DNA from: Hemiscyllium ocellatum
Lineage: Eukaryota
Assembly: GCF_020745735.1 (NCBI RefSeq)
Contig: NC_083449.1
Coordinates: 9,522,923 to 9,586,922, forward strand
DNA: 64,000 nt
Direction: 5' to 3'
Both the position numbers and the translations under genes were made by a program. Positions 1-13,843 of the stretch are shown in pieces. Numbering within the stretch: the first letter of the stretch is position 1; every line of letters begins with the position of its first letter. Below the pieces are notes generated by a model, which ran no database searches, was not told the origin of the DNA, and saw nothing but the letters and a program-made list of their open reading frames with translations.

Positions 1-595
1 GTATGTACGCTTTTCTTCAGAGTCAAGGGGAGAAAAGCAAAGGACTTTTGTAACTCCGACAGTGCAGAGTCGAAATGGGAACAGTGGGGATATCAAGGTC
101 TGGTTTTCAGGATGCTACCAATTATTGCATAGTGACATATATTACCAATAAATTAATGATCAGTATTAACCAAACCCATTTGCAACTAAGTGAACATTTC
201 AACTGCATTCCAGCTGACTGACCACCGTGTTCCTTGTACAGGAAAGGTAATTGGCCAGTCTGGACAGTATGTGGTGCAGTGGTCTTGTGTTACTCTGTTG
301 TTTGGTTTGGGGGAGGTGGGGAAGAGGAGGAGGAGGAGGAAAAGATTCCACCATTAACTGTTATGTTGTTATACATTGTCTTTGATCAGTCAGACTTAAT
401 AATTTTGAGAGACTTACTCTGTGCTGTAAATTTCTTTGACTTGAGATCTGAGAGCAGAAATCAGTTTGATGTCATGTTTTCTGCTAATTGTGGTGTATAT
501 AGATTTTCATTACTGTTAGATGTTGTAATGAGTATTTCAGGATGGTGTAAAAATTTGCAACTATTGTAAATCAGTCAGTAGCTGTGTGAGAGATT

Positions 596-624
596 TGTGT
601 GTGTGTGTGTGTGCGCGCGCGCGC
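596..624. repeat. (GT)n(GC)n microsatellite
   Basis: Directly visible. Confidence 0.95.
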
Positions 625-1042
625 ATAGGACTTTTGTTTATCAAAAGATTAACTTTGTCCTTCTCATGTAGTGATAAAGCCAAAGTTTCCTTCTGCATCT
701 GCACTCAATATCTCCTTCAGAAATCCTTGCTGTAACGATGTAACAGCATGATCTGTTTGTTCACCTTGATTGTAACTTTAAGTCCACATGTAGTAAAGGC
801 AATTTTAATGAAGTTCCTGAATGTCTACTTCATATGAGGATACAGTCTATCCCTCTTCTGATGCTGCAAATGATAATTGATTATGCACAATGGCATTTAT
901 TGGAACTGAGCTGTTATGCATTGAGTACAGGGAGAAGTAAAAAAAATCAGTGATGTTTGACTCTTGGATTGAATGTGGAAATGTCTGACTCAATCCACTG
1001 ACTGTGGAAAGGATGTTCTCCAATCTGACAACAGTAACATAC

Positions 1043-1089
1043 CTGCCGGTTGTTAGAAGCAGCTTGGCTTTGTACTATCAATCATTTGC
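1043..1089 (-). other. Putative small exon (47 nt) of repeated module, within a 620-1390 block homologous to 38660-39455
   Basis: tcttcctccAG | ...CAG | GTATGT on minus strand. Confidence 0.5.
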
Positions 1090-1417
1090 CTGGAGGAAGA
1101 TAAGAGATATATATCCAGTAAATCACCATTAGCTGAGGAGGAGGACATCAACTGATCAACGCAACATTCAAGTCACGATCATGATAATTCTGTTTTTAAA
1201 CAGGGCAATGTGAACAGAGCAAGGCCAGCTGAGGACTCGAGCCCTGAGCTCCTCCCAATCTTTTTCTGATTGTGAAATTCTAAAACAATTTATTAAGGTA
1301 TAAAAAAACTAAACAACAACTGCATAATGCCATAAATAGAATGATTACACAGTTCAATATTCAGCTTACCACACACTAACTGTTGAAGGAAGAACAACGG
1401 GCACTACTATCTCATTT

Positions 1418-3145
1418 AGATAGACAATACGTGCAGGAGTAGGCCATTTCTGCCCTTCGAGCCTGCACCACCATTCAATATGATCATGGCTGATCATCCT
1501 TAATCAGTATCCTGTTCCTGCCTTATCTCCATAACCCTTGATAGCTTTATCCAACTCTTTCTTAAACGAATCCAGAGAACTGGGCCTCCACTGCCCTCTG
1601 GGGAAGAGCATTCCACACAGCCACTACTCTCTGGGTGAAGAAGTTTCTCCTCATCTCTTTCCTAAATGGTCTACCCCATATTTTTAAGCTGTGTCCTCTG
1701 GTTTGCCACTCACCCATCAGCGGAAACATGTTTCCTGCCTCCAGAGTGTCCAATCCTTTAATAATCTTATATGTCTCAATCAGATCCCCTCTCAGTCTTC
1801 TAAACTCAAGGGTATACAAGCCCAGTCGCTCCTGTCTTTCAGCGTAATGTAGTCCCACCATTCCAAGAATTGACCTTGTGAACCTCCGCTGCACTCCCTC
1901 AATAGTCAGAATGTCTTTCTTCAAATTTGGAGACCAGAACTGGACACCATAGTCCAGGTGAGGTCTCAGCAGGGCCCTGTACAGCTGCAGAAGAACCTCT
2001 TTGCTTCTATACTCAATCCCTCTTGTTATGAAGGCCAGCATGCTATTAGCCGCCTTCACTACTTGCTGTACCTGCATGCTTACCTTCATTGACTGGTGTA
2101 CAAGAACACCCAGATCTCTTTGTACTGCCCCTTTACCTAAATTGATTCCATTTAGGTAGTAATCTGCCTTCCTGTTCTTGCCACCAAAGTGGATAACCAT
2201 ACATTTATCCACATTAAATTGCATCTGACCACTCACCTAACCTGTCCAGGTCACCCTGTAATCTCCTAACATCCTCCTCACATTTCACCCTGCCACCCAG
2301 CTTAGTATCATCAGCATATTTGCTAATGTTATTACTAATACCATCTTCTATATCATTTAATATATTGTAAAAAGCTGCGGTCCCAGCACTGATCCCTACG
2401 GTACCCCACTGGTCACTGCCTATCATTCAGAAATGGAGCTGTTTATCACTACTTTGTTTCCTGTCAGCCAACCAACTTTCAATCCAAGTTAGTACTTTGC
2501 CCCCAATACCATGTGCCCTAATTTTGCTCACTAACCTCCTATGTGGGACTTTATCAAAAGCTTTCTGAAAGTCCAGGTATACTACATCTACTGGATCTCT
2601 CTCATCCATCTTCAGAGTTACATCCTCAGAAAATTCCAGAAGATTAGTCGAGCATGATTTCCTCTTCATAAATCCATGCTGACTCTGACCTATCCTGTTA
2701 CTCCTATCCAGATGTGTCATAAAAGGATGAAATTATGTTAGACTCCAGCATCTTTCCCACCACTGAAGTCAGACTAATTGTTCTATTATTTCCTGCTTTC
2801 TCTCTCACATCTTTCTTAAAGTGGTACAACATTAGCCACCCTCCAATCCGCAGGAACTGATCCCGAATCTATCGAACTCTGGAAAATAATCACCAACGAA
2901 TCCATGATTTCTCAAGCCACCACCTTCAGTACCCAGGGACTTATCAACCTTCAGACCGAACAGTCTCTCCAACAACAATTCCTGGCAAATATACGTTCAG
3001 GTCCTTCAGCCACTGTTACCTCAGGGAGACTGCTTGTGTCTTCCCCAGTGAACACAGATCTGAAGTAACAATTCAATTCTTCTGCCATTTCTATGTTCCC
3101 TGATATATTCCCCTGTTTCTGCCTTCAAGGGCCCAATTTTAGTCT
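1418..3145 (-). mobile_element. CR1-clade LINE, 5'-truncated, RT region with stops/frameshifts
   Basis: YLDFQKAFDKVPH, KYADDTKL, LYRALLRPHLDY...RLRGDLIETYKI motifs. Confidence 0.92.
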
Positions 3146-3574
3146 TTACCCCTCCCCTCTCCCCTCCCCTCCCCTCCCCTCCTTGGGCTCATGCCCGAAA
3201 CATCGATTCTCCTGCTCCTTGGATGCTGCCTGACCTGCTGAGCTTTTCCAGCAACACATTTTCGGCTCATTCTAGGGTCTTGATCAAGCGAAAGTGAAGG
3301 AAAGGGGATATATTTCCAAGTGATTATGGTGTGTGGCTTAGAAAAAAACTTGCCCTCTATCAAGCTGATGTCTCCCTCCATCAACTGCATTTAACTTTTC
3401 AGATGGAGGTTGCTCTGAGTTTGGAAAGTTTACAATTTACAGAGCTTTAGTATTACTTTTGTAAACTTAACAAAACTTTAGGGCTGTGTGAGATAATATT
3501 TGATCCCAAGAATAGACATACAAATTAAGAAAATAAACAGACAAATATAAAGCCTGTGAACAATTTAGAATTCA

Positions 3575-4075
3575 GGGCAGAGGAGATGACTTGGGGGTTG
3601 CAGGGAGAGAGAAACTCACTGAGATATTTGTAGATAGAGGAGAACTTCTTCAAGGTAACATCCTTACAAGAGGATTCGCAGTAAGCTTAGAATCAACTTC
3701 GTGGACGTCACCAGTTTCCACGTTTCCTCTCCCTCACCTTACACCAGTTCCAACCTGCCAGCTCAGCAGCATCCTCATGACCTGTCCTACCTGCCATTCT
3801 TCCATCACATCTGTCCGCTCCAACCTCCTCTCTGACTTATCACCTTTATCCCCACCTCCATCCACCTATTACATGCTTAGCTACCTTCTCCCCTGCTCCA
3901 TCCCGCTCCCATTTATCTCTCCACCCTGGAGGGTCCCAGCCTCATTCCTGATGAAAGGCTTTTGCCCAAAACATCGATTTTCCTGCTCCTCGAATGCTGT
4001 CTGACCTGCTGCGCTTTTCCAGTACCACTCTCATCTTGACTCTGATCTCCGCCATCTGCAGTCCTCAGTTTTGCC
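3575..4075 (+). mobile_element. Penelope-like element terminal fragment
   Basis: 3690-4075 homologous to 18730-19085 and 46600-46980; degenerate hammerhead motif at ~3945-3980. Confidence 0.75.
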
Positions 4076-4079
4076 ACAA

Positions 4080-4910
4080 TTTAGAACTCAGCAAACGATG
4101 AGATAAAGGGCATTGATTAAGAGAGAGAAAAATGAGGACTGGAGTAAGCTTGCAGATATTTTGAAAAAGAAACTAACTGTTAAAGTATTGATAATGTAAA
4201 GGGGAAATGGAAGAAAACATGGGTTGGTGACCACAAAGATAGGTCTCTTACGATCAAAAAAAGGCAGTCCATATTAGGGAGCAAAAATGGCTATCCATCC
4301 AAATATGTAACTGTTGTTTTCTGATCATAAAGGATGACACAAATGATGCACCAGGAACACCGAGTTCAGTGAGAGGGAAAAATTGAAACAAATCAGTATT
4401 GTTTGGAAAATTGTGTTGGGACAATGGATAAGATTGAAACTGCGAAACAGCAAGGCCTGGTCATCCACATCCCAAAGTACTTAACATAGTGGTCCCAGAA
4501 ATAGTGAATGGTCATGTCAATGGAATCTTGGAACATTTGTAATATTTTCCACAGATTGTGAGTTAGCTAATGTGACAATCTATTTGAAAAGCAAGTTAGA
4601 GATAATCTGGGAATTATACGCCACTCAACCTGCAGGAAAAAAATACTTGCAAAGTGTCTGTGGGGGAAAAAAAAAGATTGGGACCAAATAAAGTCAGCAT
4701 GGATTCGAAATGCCTGTTCCTGTGTCATTAATGTTTTATGTTCTCAGCTTGGCAAATCTGCTGGAGTAGAGGTGATAAGCAGATGGCATCATTCAGATGT
4801 TTCTTTTGACAAAATCTCACATAAAACAAAAAAAAATGGTGTTGAGATGGATTTAAAAAAAACTGGTTGGCTGAAAGAAAACACATAGAGGGAATAAATG
4901 CTGATAACAA
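4080..4910 (+). mobile_element. Old degenerate CR1 LINE fragment
   Basis: Remnants of ANVTPLFKK, NYRP and SQHGF coding sequence. Confidence 0.55.
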
Positions 4911-5559
4911 TCGCATACAACTTGATCACTTTGATCCTCCCTCATACTTCATAAACCCAATCTTTCAGACACTGAATCAATGACCGGCATTCCTTTAATA
5001 GGCCTCAGCTTCCCATTACCTCATAGCATTGAACAGACACTATAATCACTCATCTGTGCCATCTTTCTATGCATCCTCTTCATTCACATTCCAAAGTTAA
5101 TTGCTCGACTCCTTCAGACCTCTTGGACTGACTTTATCTCTGAGTCAGTTTGAATTCTGTTATTCATTGTATGTCAGGTGCTTTCTTTATGAAATTCTGT
5201 TTTTCCTCGTTTATTACCCATTGTCCTAATTATGTGTGTTAAAAATACCAAAGACATTTAATTTTAACTAGTTGCTATAAGATTTGTAAGAATGCTTTCT
5301 GTTCTGGTTAGTTAGGTTTATGTCTGTTTTTAAAAGACTTCCAGCAGAGATACATGGAACCAAAACATTTATGCTTATGTGTGAAAATTAGTAAGTTTTC
5401 AGACGTACCCTCATTTGTCCTGGACAAAATAGATTACTCACAGCCATTAATGACAATGTACTAAGGGTAGACATTTGTCAGCCATTTGTGGGAGCAGACA
5501 TAACCATTTTGTTACCAGCAGATACAGTTCACCTCTGCAGTTCTGTTTGAATTTCAGAA

Positions 5560-7026
5560 GATGCGAGAGGCAGAAAATGAAATTTCACATCAGTTTTTAC
5601 TGGGAATAGGCAAACGCAGTAAAATGAATATTGACATTTTGAAAGGAGTTCACACTACAGAAGAGGAAATGCTGGAGGTCTTTGAAAACAAAGTTGGATA
5701 ATCTCAGATACCTGATCTGGCTTATCCCAGGACATTGCGGGAAGTTAAGGAAGATATTGTGGTGCCCATTGCAGAAATATTTGTATCATCTGTAACTATG
5801 GTGTGGTACTGGATGATCGGATATTGGGTAATATTTTGCCGTTATTTTAAGATGGGATGTAAGGAGAAGCCTGGGAAGTATAGACCCGTGAGTCTGACTT
5901 GTGCGATGGGTACATTATTGGAGGTGATTCTGAAAGATAGGGTTCAAATGTATGGTTTTGGGGAGGAGTGGTAGGAGAGGGCAAGGAATAATTAGGAATT
6001 TTCAGGATTGTTTTGTAGAAGGAAATTGTATTGCCCAGAATCAATTGAGATTGTTCAGTGGGTATGTAAGAAGATTGAGGGCACATGGGTAAACATTATT
6101 GACTTGAAGTTTGATAAGCCTTTTACAAGTTTCTGCATGGTAGACTAAATAGCAAGGTTAGTTTACATGGGATTCAGATTGAGCGTGCCAATTGAACATA
6201 AAATTGGCATAACAGCAGGAGATGGAGAGGAGATGGACAGTTGCTTATTAGACTGGATGCAAGTTACCAATGATGTTCCACCCCAGTCGGTGCTGGGTCC
6301 ACTTTTGTTTGTTTTTTATGTAAATCATTTAGATGAAAATGCAGAAGACATGGTTAGTAATTTTGCAGATGTCATCAAAATTGGTGGTATAGTGGACTGT
6401 GAAAGCTATCTCAGATTAGAAACAAATCTTGATTAAATCAGTCGATGGTGTGAGGAATGGCAGATGGAGTTACGGAGACATTGCATATTTACAAAACAAA
6501 CAAGGGTAGGCCTTATACAATTACAAGCAGGGCCTTGGGTAGTGCTGTTGAACAGAGAGACCTATTTGGCCAGCTGCATATTTTTGAAGTTTGCATCACA
6601 TGTGGTGAAGAAATCATCTAGCGTGCTTGCCTTCATTGCTCAGACCTTTTGAGTACAGGAGTTGGAAGGTTGTACTGAAGTTGCATAGGATGTTGATGAG
6701 TTCTCTTCTGGATTACGGTATCAAGTTCTGGTCACCCTGTTATCAAAAGTATACTATTGAGCTGGAAAGGGTTCAGAAAAGCTTTACTCGGATGTTGATG
6801 GGAATGGAGGGATTCCGTTACAAGAATGGACTGGGACTTCTGTTCTCTGGTGCCTAAGATCTTGACGGGTGATAGAGTTTTGACAATCATGAGGGCTAAA
6901 GGTAAGGCGAATGGTAGGTATCTTTTTCTATGGTAAGAGACTGCAAGACTAGAGACACTTGGAGTCATAGAGATGTACAGCATGGAAACAGACCCTTTGG
7001 TCCAACCCGTCCATGCCGACAGATAT
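5560..7026 (+). mobile_element. Degenerate CR1 LINE (RT region) followed by a short inverted CR1 tail
   Basis: KEKPGKYRPVSLT, VPPQSVLGPLLF, NFADVIKIGG, ELERVQKSFTRML. Confidence 0.85.
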
Positions 7027-7460
7027 CCTTCGGGAGGAATGGGTGAAGCAGCCATTTCTGATTGGTTCCATTGTTCAGCCCCTCCTAATGTTTCAATTCC
7101 CAATCAGGTCTCTGCTTCATTCCCCAATCCGGAGAGGGCACGGGGTGGAGGACGGATAATACCGGTGCCAAATCATCCATCGCCTTTTTACAATTTGAAA
7201 AGCCCGCCAATATGTACCGAAAAATAAAGAGTTTAAACACAGAAGAATGCACGAATACTCGATTTAATTTACTTCTACATTAAAAGTGTAACCTTTACAT
7301 TATCTCCCTTTACTTCTCCTAAAATTCTGATCCAGAATGGAATTTTCTGAACATTAAACACAAGCAGAAACAAAAAAGGCGCCAAATTCTGCAACTAATC
7401 ATTTATTTCACATTTCAACAGCACCCCGATATACTGATAAAACATTATTACGTTCTTCCA
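7027..7460 (-). pseudogene. Orphan H2A promoter and H2B-H2A spacer relic, no coding sequence
   Basis: 7027-7212 is the reverse-complement homolog of 58615-58784; 7395-7445 matches 58340-58378; cut off just before the TATA box by a CR1 tail. Confidence 0.85.
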
Positions 7461-7989
7461 AGTGCATGAATAGTGTACACGATCGTTAGAGAATATTTTA
7501 AAATCGTCCTCCCCATTGCACACGATCATAGATCGATTTAAAAACTCCACATTTACTCTGCCACTTCTGCAGCTGTTCTAGTTTTATTTCGGTGTATTTT
7601 GCCTGGCTCTGCATCCGGACAAATACCCGTGCGGAGATTTGGAAATGAAAAGTACACAAAGTAAAATCGCACTTCGAGGGAAACTGTTTATTTTGCTAGT
7701 CGGCTAGTACTTGGGGCACTTTGTATTTGGGGGGTGAAACTCCTGAACTGATCGAGTAACACGGACATATAAGCAACTGAAAAATGACTCAGTGGCGTTT
7801 AACATGATCTCTCTCCCCAGGAAGGGACTACAGGATATACCTGATCGCATCCGAGAATAAGGCGTGCACCTGGTCAGCTGTCACTCATTTCTTTATATAA
7901 CATTTACAACATACAAATCCCGCAGACATTAATGGCACATACCCAGAAACATAATGGTCCAGTTGTTTCAGGGAAGTTGTAGGTGGCTC

Positions 7990-8430
7990 TTGTGAAACTT
8001 GAAAGGGTTCAGAAAAGATTTACAAGGTTGTTGCAAGGGATGGAGGATTTGAGCTATGGGGAGAGGCTGAACAGGCTGTTTTCCCTGGAGCGGAGGTGGA
8101 GGGGTGATCTTATAGAGGTTTACAAAATTATGAGGGGCATGGATATGATGAATAGACAAAATCTTTTTCCCTGGGGTGGGGGAGTCCAGAACTAGAAGGC
8201 ATAGGTTTAGGGTGAGAGGCAAAAGAGACCCAAGGGGCAACTTTTTCACATACATGTATGGAATGAGATGCCAGAAGAAGTGTGGAGGCGAGTAGAATTG
8301 CAACATTTAAAAGGCATTTGGATGGGTAGATGAACAAGAAGGGTTTGGAGGGATATGGGCCCGGTGGGACAGGTTGGAATGACTAGTTGGCATGGACAAG
8401 TTGGACTGAAGGGTCTTTTCCCATGCTGTA
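7990..8430 (+). mobile_element. CR1 LINE 3' fragment
   Basis: KLERVQKRFTRL...RGDLIEVYKIMRG plus 3' tail. Confidence 0.85.
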
Positions 8431-9445
8431 CATCGATGAAGGACATTCTACCAGCATCTACTCTGTCAACACCCTTCAATTATCTTTTCCGCTATTCTGC
8501 TTCAAATCTCCAGTAGTCTAATCTTAAACTATTCATTCATTCCTCAGAAGAGTTGCCAGTGTGTGTGTCATTGTCATCTTTACTCTGATTACCCCAATGA
8601 CTAAAGGGAACTGACGTACTGTGATCCGTGCTTTTTGCTCTTTGCTGACTACAATAATTTTACACTCTATCTGTTAGGCCCCTCAATCGGTGTAAGCAGC
8701 CTCCTGCCAATACTTAGGTTCCTGATATCTTACTTTGCACTACATTAGAATAGATATTATTCCATGCATCTCAGTTTCCAGCAGGATTTTTTTTATTATA
8801 AACTTTGCTATGTGGATTTTCTCTGAAAATTATTTGGTGACAAGTTATTTGTACTCACTTTGAACTGGTTACTGTTATTTAAGGATATTTTGAACATGGT
8901 ACTTGTGCGAATTTTAATTATGACAATCTCGTGTTATTTGTTTTATCACTGCGATTCCCTGATTACACTGTGAATGATAGTGTTGTTCAGAATTTCAGGT
9001 TGGTTAAGGGTTAGTTTATTTTTCGTTATCGGCTGTGTAAAACGGGAGAGCGATTATCGATCTGCCCCTGTAAGCTTTTGCGAGGTGAATGATTATTACT
9101 CTCACAATCCGTCCCTGCCAGTTTCTGCCATCTGAATGTGAGAGTGTAATCACCATCTGTACCTGTCAGCTCTTCCACAGTGAGTACGTTTGTACAGAGA
9201 GAGAAAGAGAGAGAGAGAGTATATTTTGGACAAGAGTTCAGACTTTGCAGTTTAAATATTGTGCAAATGTCAATGAGCTGTGAACAGTGATATTTGTTCA
9301 AACTGGACACAAGTGAATTGTGAGAGAAAAACAAACTTACATTTTCTCTGTTGTTTCTCTCTCTCAAATTGAGCTCAATGTGTAGCTGACCCAATCTGCT
9401 CTGACTGTGGAAATTATATTCTTCACTCTGACAGCAGTAACGTAC

Positions 9446-9527
9446 CTGCTGTTTGTTAGAAGGAACTGGTCACCCTTGGCTCTGTACCAAGGGAAAATTA
9501 CATTGTTTTGGTCCTTCAAGTATTTCC
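9446..9527 (-). other. Putative small exon (82 nt) of repeated module
   Basis: ttttcctccAG | ...CAG | GTACGT on minus strand. Confidence 0.55.
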
Positions 9528-10079
9528 CTGGAGGAAAACAGAAGGGAAATCTCCTATAAATCACCATCAACCAAGTTTGACCATCTTTAACTGATCAACG
9601 GAACATTCTGTTAATAATCATTAGGATATTGTATTTAAAGACAGGAATCCAAACAGAGCAACATGTCTGATTCTACTCTTGCTCCATGTCTGGTGATTTT
9701 TCTTTTTATTAATTCAATACCAATTGAATGAGATCCAGAAGCTCCCCAATAACTGTACAGCTCCATGAATGGGGCTATCCAATGCAAGTGGGGCTGTGAA
9801 TATCAGATTCATTACTGAACTATGCAGGTCAATTCCCACTTTGTGAATGACAAACACACTCTCACATTTTGTCCCTCTAAGCCTTTCTGAAATTACTAAT
9901 GTCTTCACATAGCAGTGATTCACAGGGACAGATTGATGTAGAACTATCAATCCATTGCAATGAAATTGTACATAAAGGGGCCATTTGGCCTATCGTGTCC
10001 ATTCCAACACAAAGACACTAGATGGCCATGGTAATCCCATCTTCCTGCACCCACTCCATAACCCTGCAGCTGAGAGCAC

Positions 10080-12376
10080 TGTCCATTTCTGCAATGAGAA
10101 TGTATTTCTCAATTTGTTCCAGTCAGACTCTGTTTCGTGAATATATGTAAATGCAGCTATCAATTTGTACCTGTCAGTTTCTTCTGTATGAACATTTGCA
10201 TTGCGTTATCCACCTCTACTTGTAAATGTCAAAATACAGTTCTAAATATGTATTTGTCAGTCTCTACAATGTCAATGCGTGAGTTCATTGACCAGCCTAT
10301 CCCTGTCAGTTTCTACTCTATTAATGTGAGATTGTCAGGAATAACCTGCACCAGTCAGTTTCTGGTTTGTTAATAGGTGAATGCATTTATCAACATATAC
10401 CTGTCAGTTTCAGTCAATGTGAATGTGAGAATACAGTTATCAATATGTGCCTGTCAGATTCCGCTGTGTGAATGTGGCTGTCATTTTCAGTTCCTACCTG
10501 TCAATTTTGTCATGTGAATAAGTGGTTGTTAATCAATGTGTCGCTGTCAGTTGTTGCAATGAGAATGTGTGACTGTCGTTACCAATCTGTCTATGTCACT
10601 TTCTGCTATGTGCATACATGCATGTAGTTATCAATTTGTACCTATCAGTTTCTGCTCTGTGTCTGTGGGTGTACTTATCAATCCATTGCTGTCAGTCTTT
10701 ACAATGTGAAAGATCAATCTTTCCTCATTAGTTTCTGTTCTCTGAGTGAGTGTTTAATTATCAATCAGTAACTGTCAGTTTTTGGTTTCATGAATGTGGA
10801 AATGCATTTATCATTTTGTATCTGTCATATTCTGCTTTGAGTTTTTCTGAGAGTTTAGTTTTGATCTGTCCCTGTCAGAATGTATGTGCATCTGTAAATG
10901 TAGTTACCAGTCCATACCTGTCAGTTTTTCTGGGTGAATGTGTGTGTGAAATTGTCAATCAATCCATACCTAATTCCACTGTGTGAATGAGAAAGTCAGA
11001 AGCAACTCTTCCTGTCAATCTCTGCAATGTGAATATGAGTGTATTTATCAATATTTCCCCATCAGTTTCTGCTCGGTGAGACAGTGTTGTGATCAATACA
11101 TTCTGTTGTATGTATGTCTTTATCAAATTATACTTGTCAGAAAATTATACTTGTGGGCGGCACGGTGGCACAGTGGTTAGCACTGCTGCCTCACAGCGCC
11201 TGTAGACCCGGGTTCAATTCCCGACTCAGGCGACTGACTGTGTGGAGTTTGCACGTTCTCCCCGTGTCTGCGTGGGTTTCCTCCGGGTGCTCCGGTTTCC
11301 TCCCACAGTCCAAAGATGTGCGGGTCAGGTGAATTGGCCAAGCTAAATTGCCCGTAGTGTTAGGTAAGTGGTAAATGTAGGGGTATGGGTAGATTGCGCT
11401 TCGGCGGGTCGGTGTGGACTTGTTGGGCCGAAGGGCCTGTTTCCACACTGTAAGTCTAATCTAAAAAAAAAAATTTTCTCTGCCTATACTGAAGTATACC
11501 AGTTAGTTTTGTCAATCTGAGTATAAGACCACAGGCTTGAATCTATGCCTATCTGTTTCTGCCAAGTCAATATGAGAGTCATGTAGGGATAGAATTTTTA
11601 ATCTCTACCTGTCAGATTCCATGTAAAATTGAGTGTACTTATCAAACTGAATCTGCGAGTTTATGTTATGTGAAAGTGGAAGTGTTGTTTTCAGTTTGTA
11701 CATGTGGTTTTCTGTTATTTGATGAGAAGAGTGTAATCTGTCCCTGTCAGTGTTTCCTCCATGTATCTGAGGAAGTAATCAAACTACACCTACCAGTTTT
11801 TGCTATATGAATGAAAGTGTACATCTCAACCAATGTCTGGCAGTATGAGCTATGAGAACAAGAGTGTTGCTATAAGTCTGCACCATTCAGCTCATGTTAT
11901 TTCAACATGTGAGTTTAGTTATCAATCAGTACCAGTCAGTTTCTGCTTGGAGTGTGTATATCAATCATTCCTTGGCAGTATCTGTGTTATGGATATGTGA
12001 ATGAGGTTATCAATTCATAAACCTGTCAGTTTCAACTATTTACTTATAGAAATATAGTTATTGACCTCTACCTGTCAGATTATGTTCTGTGAATATCAAT
12101 CTGTCTTTGCTTTGTGAACACACAAATATAGTCATCAATATCGATATGTCAGTTTCCACTATGCGAATGTGTATGTGTATTTCCAACCTGTCCCTGTGTG
12201 TTTCTGCTGTCTGTGAGAGAGAATGTTGATATGAACATGTAGCTGTAAGTTTCTGGTTTGGAAATGTCCGATGCCTTTATCAAAATGTACATCAATTTCT
12301 GTCATGTGAATGTGTGAGCCTATTATTGGAACATGTGGTTCTGTGAATATGTAATTAGTGGTTATCATCTGTACCT
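10080..12376. repeat. Degenerate ~47-bp tandem repeat array (consensus ~GTAGTTATCAATCTGTACCTGTCAGTTTCTGCTATGTGAATGTGAGT), interrupted by a SINE
   Basis: CTGTCAG and TATCAA motifs recur about every 47 bp. Confidence 0.85.
11155..11472 (+). mobile_element. HE1-type tRNA-derived SINE
   Basis: A box TGGCACAGTGG, B box GTTCAATTC, CR1-like 3' end GGGCCGAAGGGCCTGTTTCC and TAATC tail. Confidence 0.9.
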
Positions 12377-13843
12377 CATACAGTCAAAGAGTCAGAGATT
12401 TACAGCATGGATACAGACCCTTCGGTCCAACCCGTCCATACTGACCAGATATCCCAACCCAATCCAGTCCCACCTGCCAGCACCCGGCCCATATCCCTCC
12501 AAACTCTTCCCAAATGCCTCTTAAATGTTGCAATTAAACCCGTCTCCACTACTTCCTCTGGCAGCTCATTCCATATATGTATCACCTTCTGTGTGAAAAA
12601 GTTGTCCCTTAAGTCTCTTTTATATCTTTCCTCTCTCATCCTAAACCTATGCCCTCTAGTTTTGGACTCCCCCACCCCAGGGAAAGGACTTTGTCTATTT
12701 ATCCTATCCATGACCCTCAAAATTTTGGAAACCTCTATAAGGTCACCCCTCAGCTACCGACACTCCAGGGAAAACAGCCCCTGCCCGATAAGCCTCTCCC
12801 AATAGCTTAAATCCTCTAACCCTGGCAACATCCTTGTAAATCTTTTCTGAACCCTTTCAAGTTTCACAACATCTTTCCGATAGGAAGGAGACCAGAATTA
12901 TACGCAATATTCCAACAGTAGCGTAACCAATGTCCTATATAGCTGCAAAGTGACCTCCCAACTCCTGTACTCAATAGTGACTGATAAAGGAAAGCATACC
13001 AAATGTATTCTTCACTATCCTATCTACCTATGACTCTACTTTCAAGGAGCTATGAACCTGCACTCCAAGGCGTCTTTGTTCTACAACACTCCCTAGAACT
13101 TTGCCATTAAGTGTACAAGTCCTGCGAAGATTTCCTTACCCAAAATGCAACAGATCGCATTTATCTGAATTAAACTCCATCTGCTATTTCTCAGCCCATT
13201 GGCTGATCTGATCAAGATCCTGTTGGAATCTGAGGTAACCCTCTTCGCTGTCCAATACAACTCCAACTTTGTTGTCATCTGCAAACTTTCTAACAGTACC
13301 TCTTATGCTCACATCCAAATCATTCACATAAATGATAAAATGTAGAGGACCCATCATTGATCCTTGTAATACTCCACTGGTCACAGACCTCCATTCTGAA
13401 AAACAACCCTCCACCACCATCCTCTGTCTTCTACCTTTGAGCCAGTTCTGTATCCAGAGTGGCTAGTTCTCCCTGTATTCCATGAGATCTAATCTTGCTA
13501 ACCAGTCCCCCATGGGGAACCTTGACAAACGCCTGACTGAAGTCCATATCAATCACATCTACCACTCTGCCCTCATCAATCCTCTGAGTTTTTTTGAAGA
13601 AGTAACAATCAGGTTTGTGAGACACGATTGCCACGCACAAAAAATGTTGACTATCCCTAATCAATCCTTGCTTTCCAAATACATGTACATCCTGTCTCGT
13701 AGGATTCCTTCCAACAACTTGCCCACCACCGACAACAGGCTCACTGGTCTATAGTTCCCTGGCTTGTCCTTACCACACTTCTTAAACATGGCACCACGAT
13801 AGCCAAACTCCAGTCTTCTAGCACCTCACCTGTGACCTCACCG

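Noticed and set aside
234-569. 111-aa ORF with poly-Glu run
   Set aside because: Non-ATG start, (GAG)n microsatellite, no recognisable domain.
11155-11230. tRNA-like A/B boxes
   Set aside because: They are the head of HE1-type SINEs, not a tRNA gene.
10080-12376. Regular repeat that might be taken for a CRISPR array
   Set aside because: Vertebrate DNA; whole units are degenerate tandem copies with no unique spacers and no cas genes.
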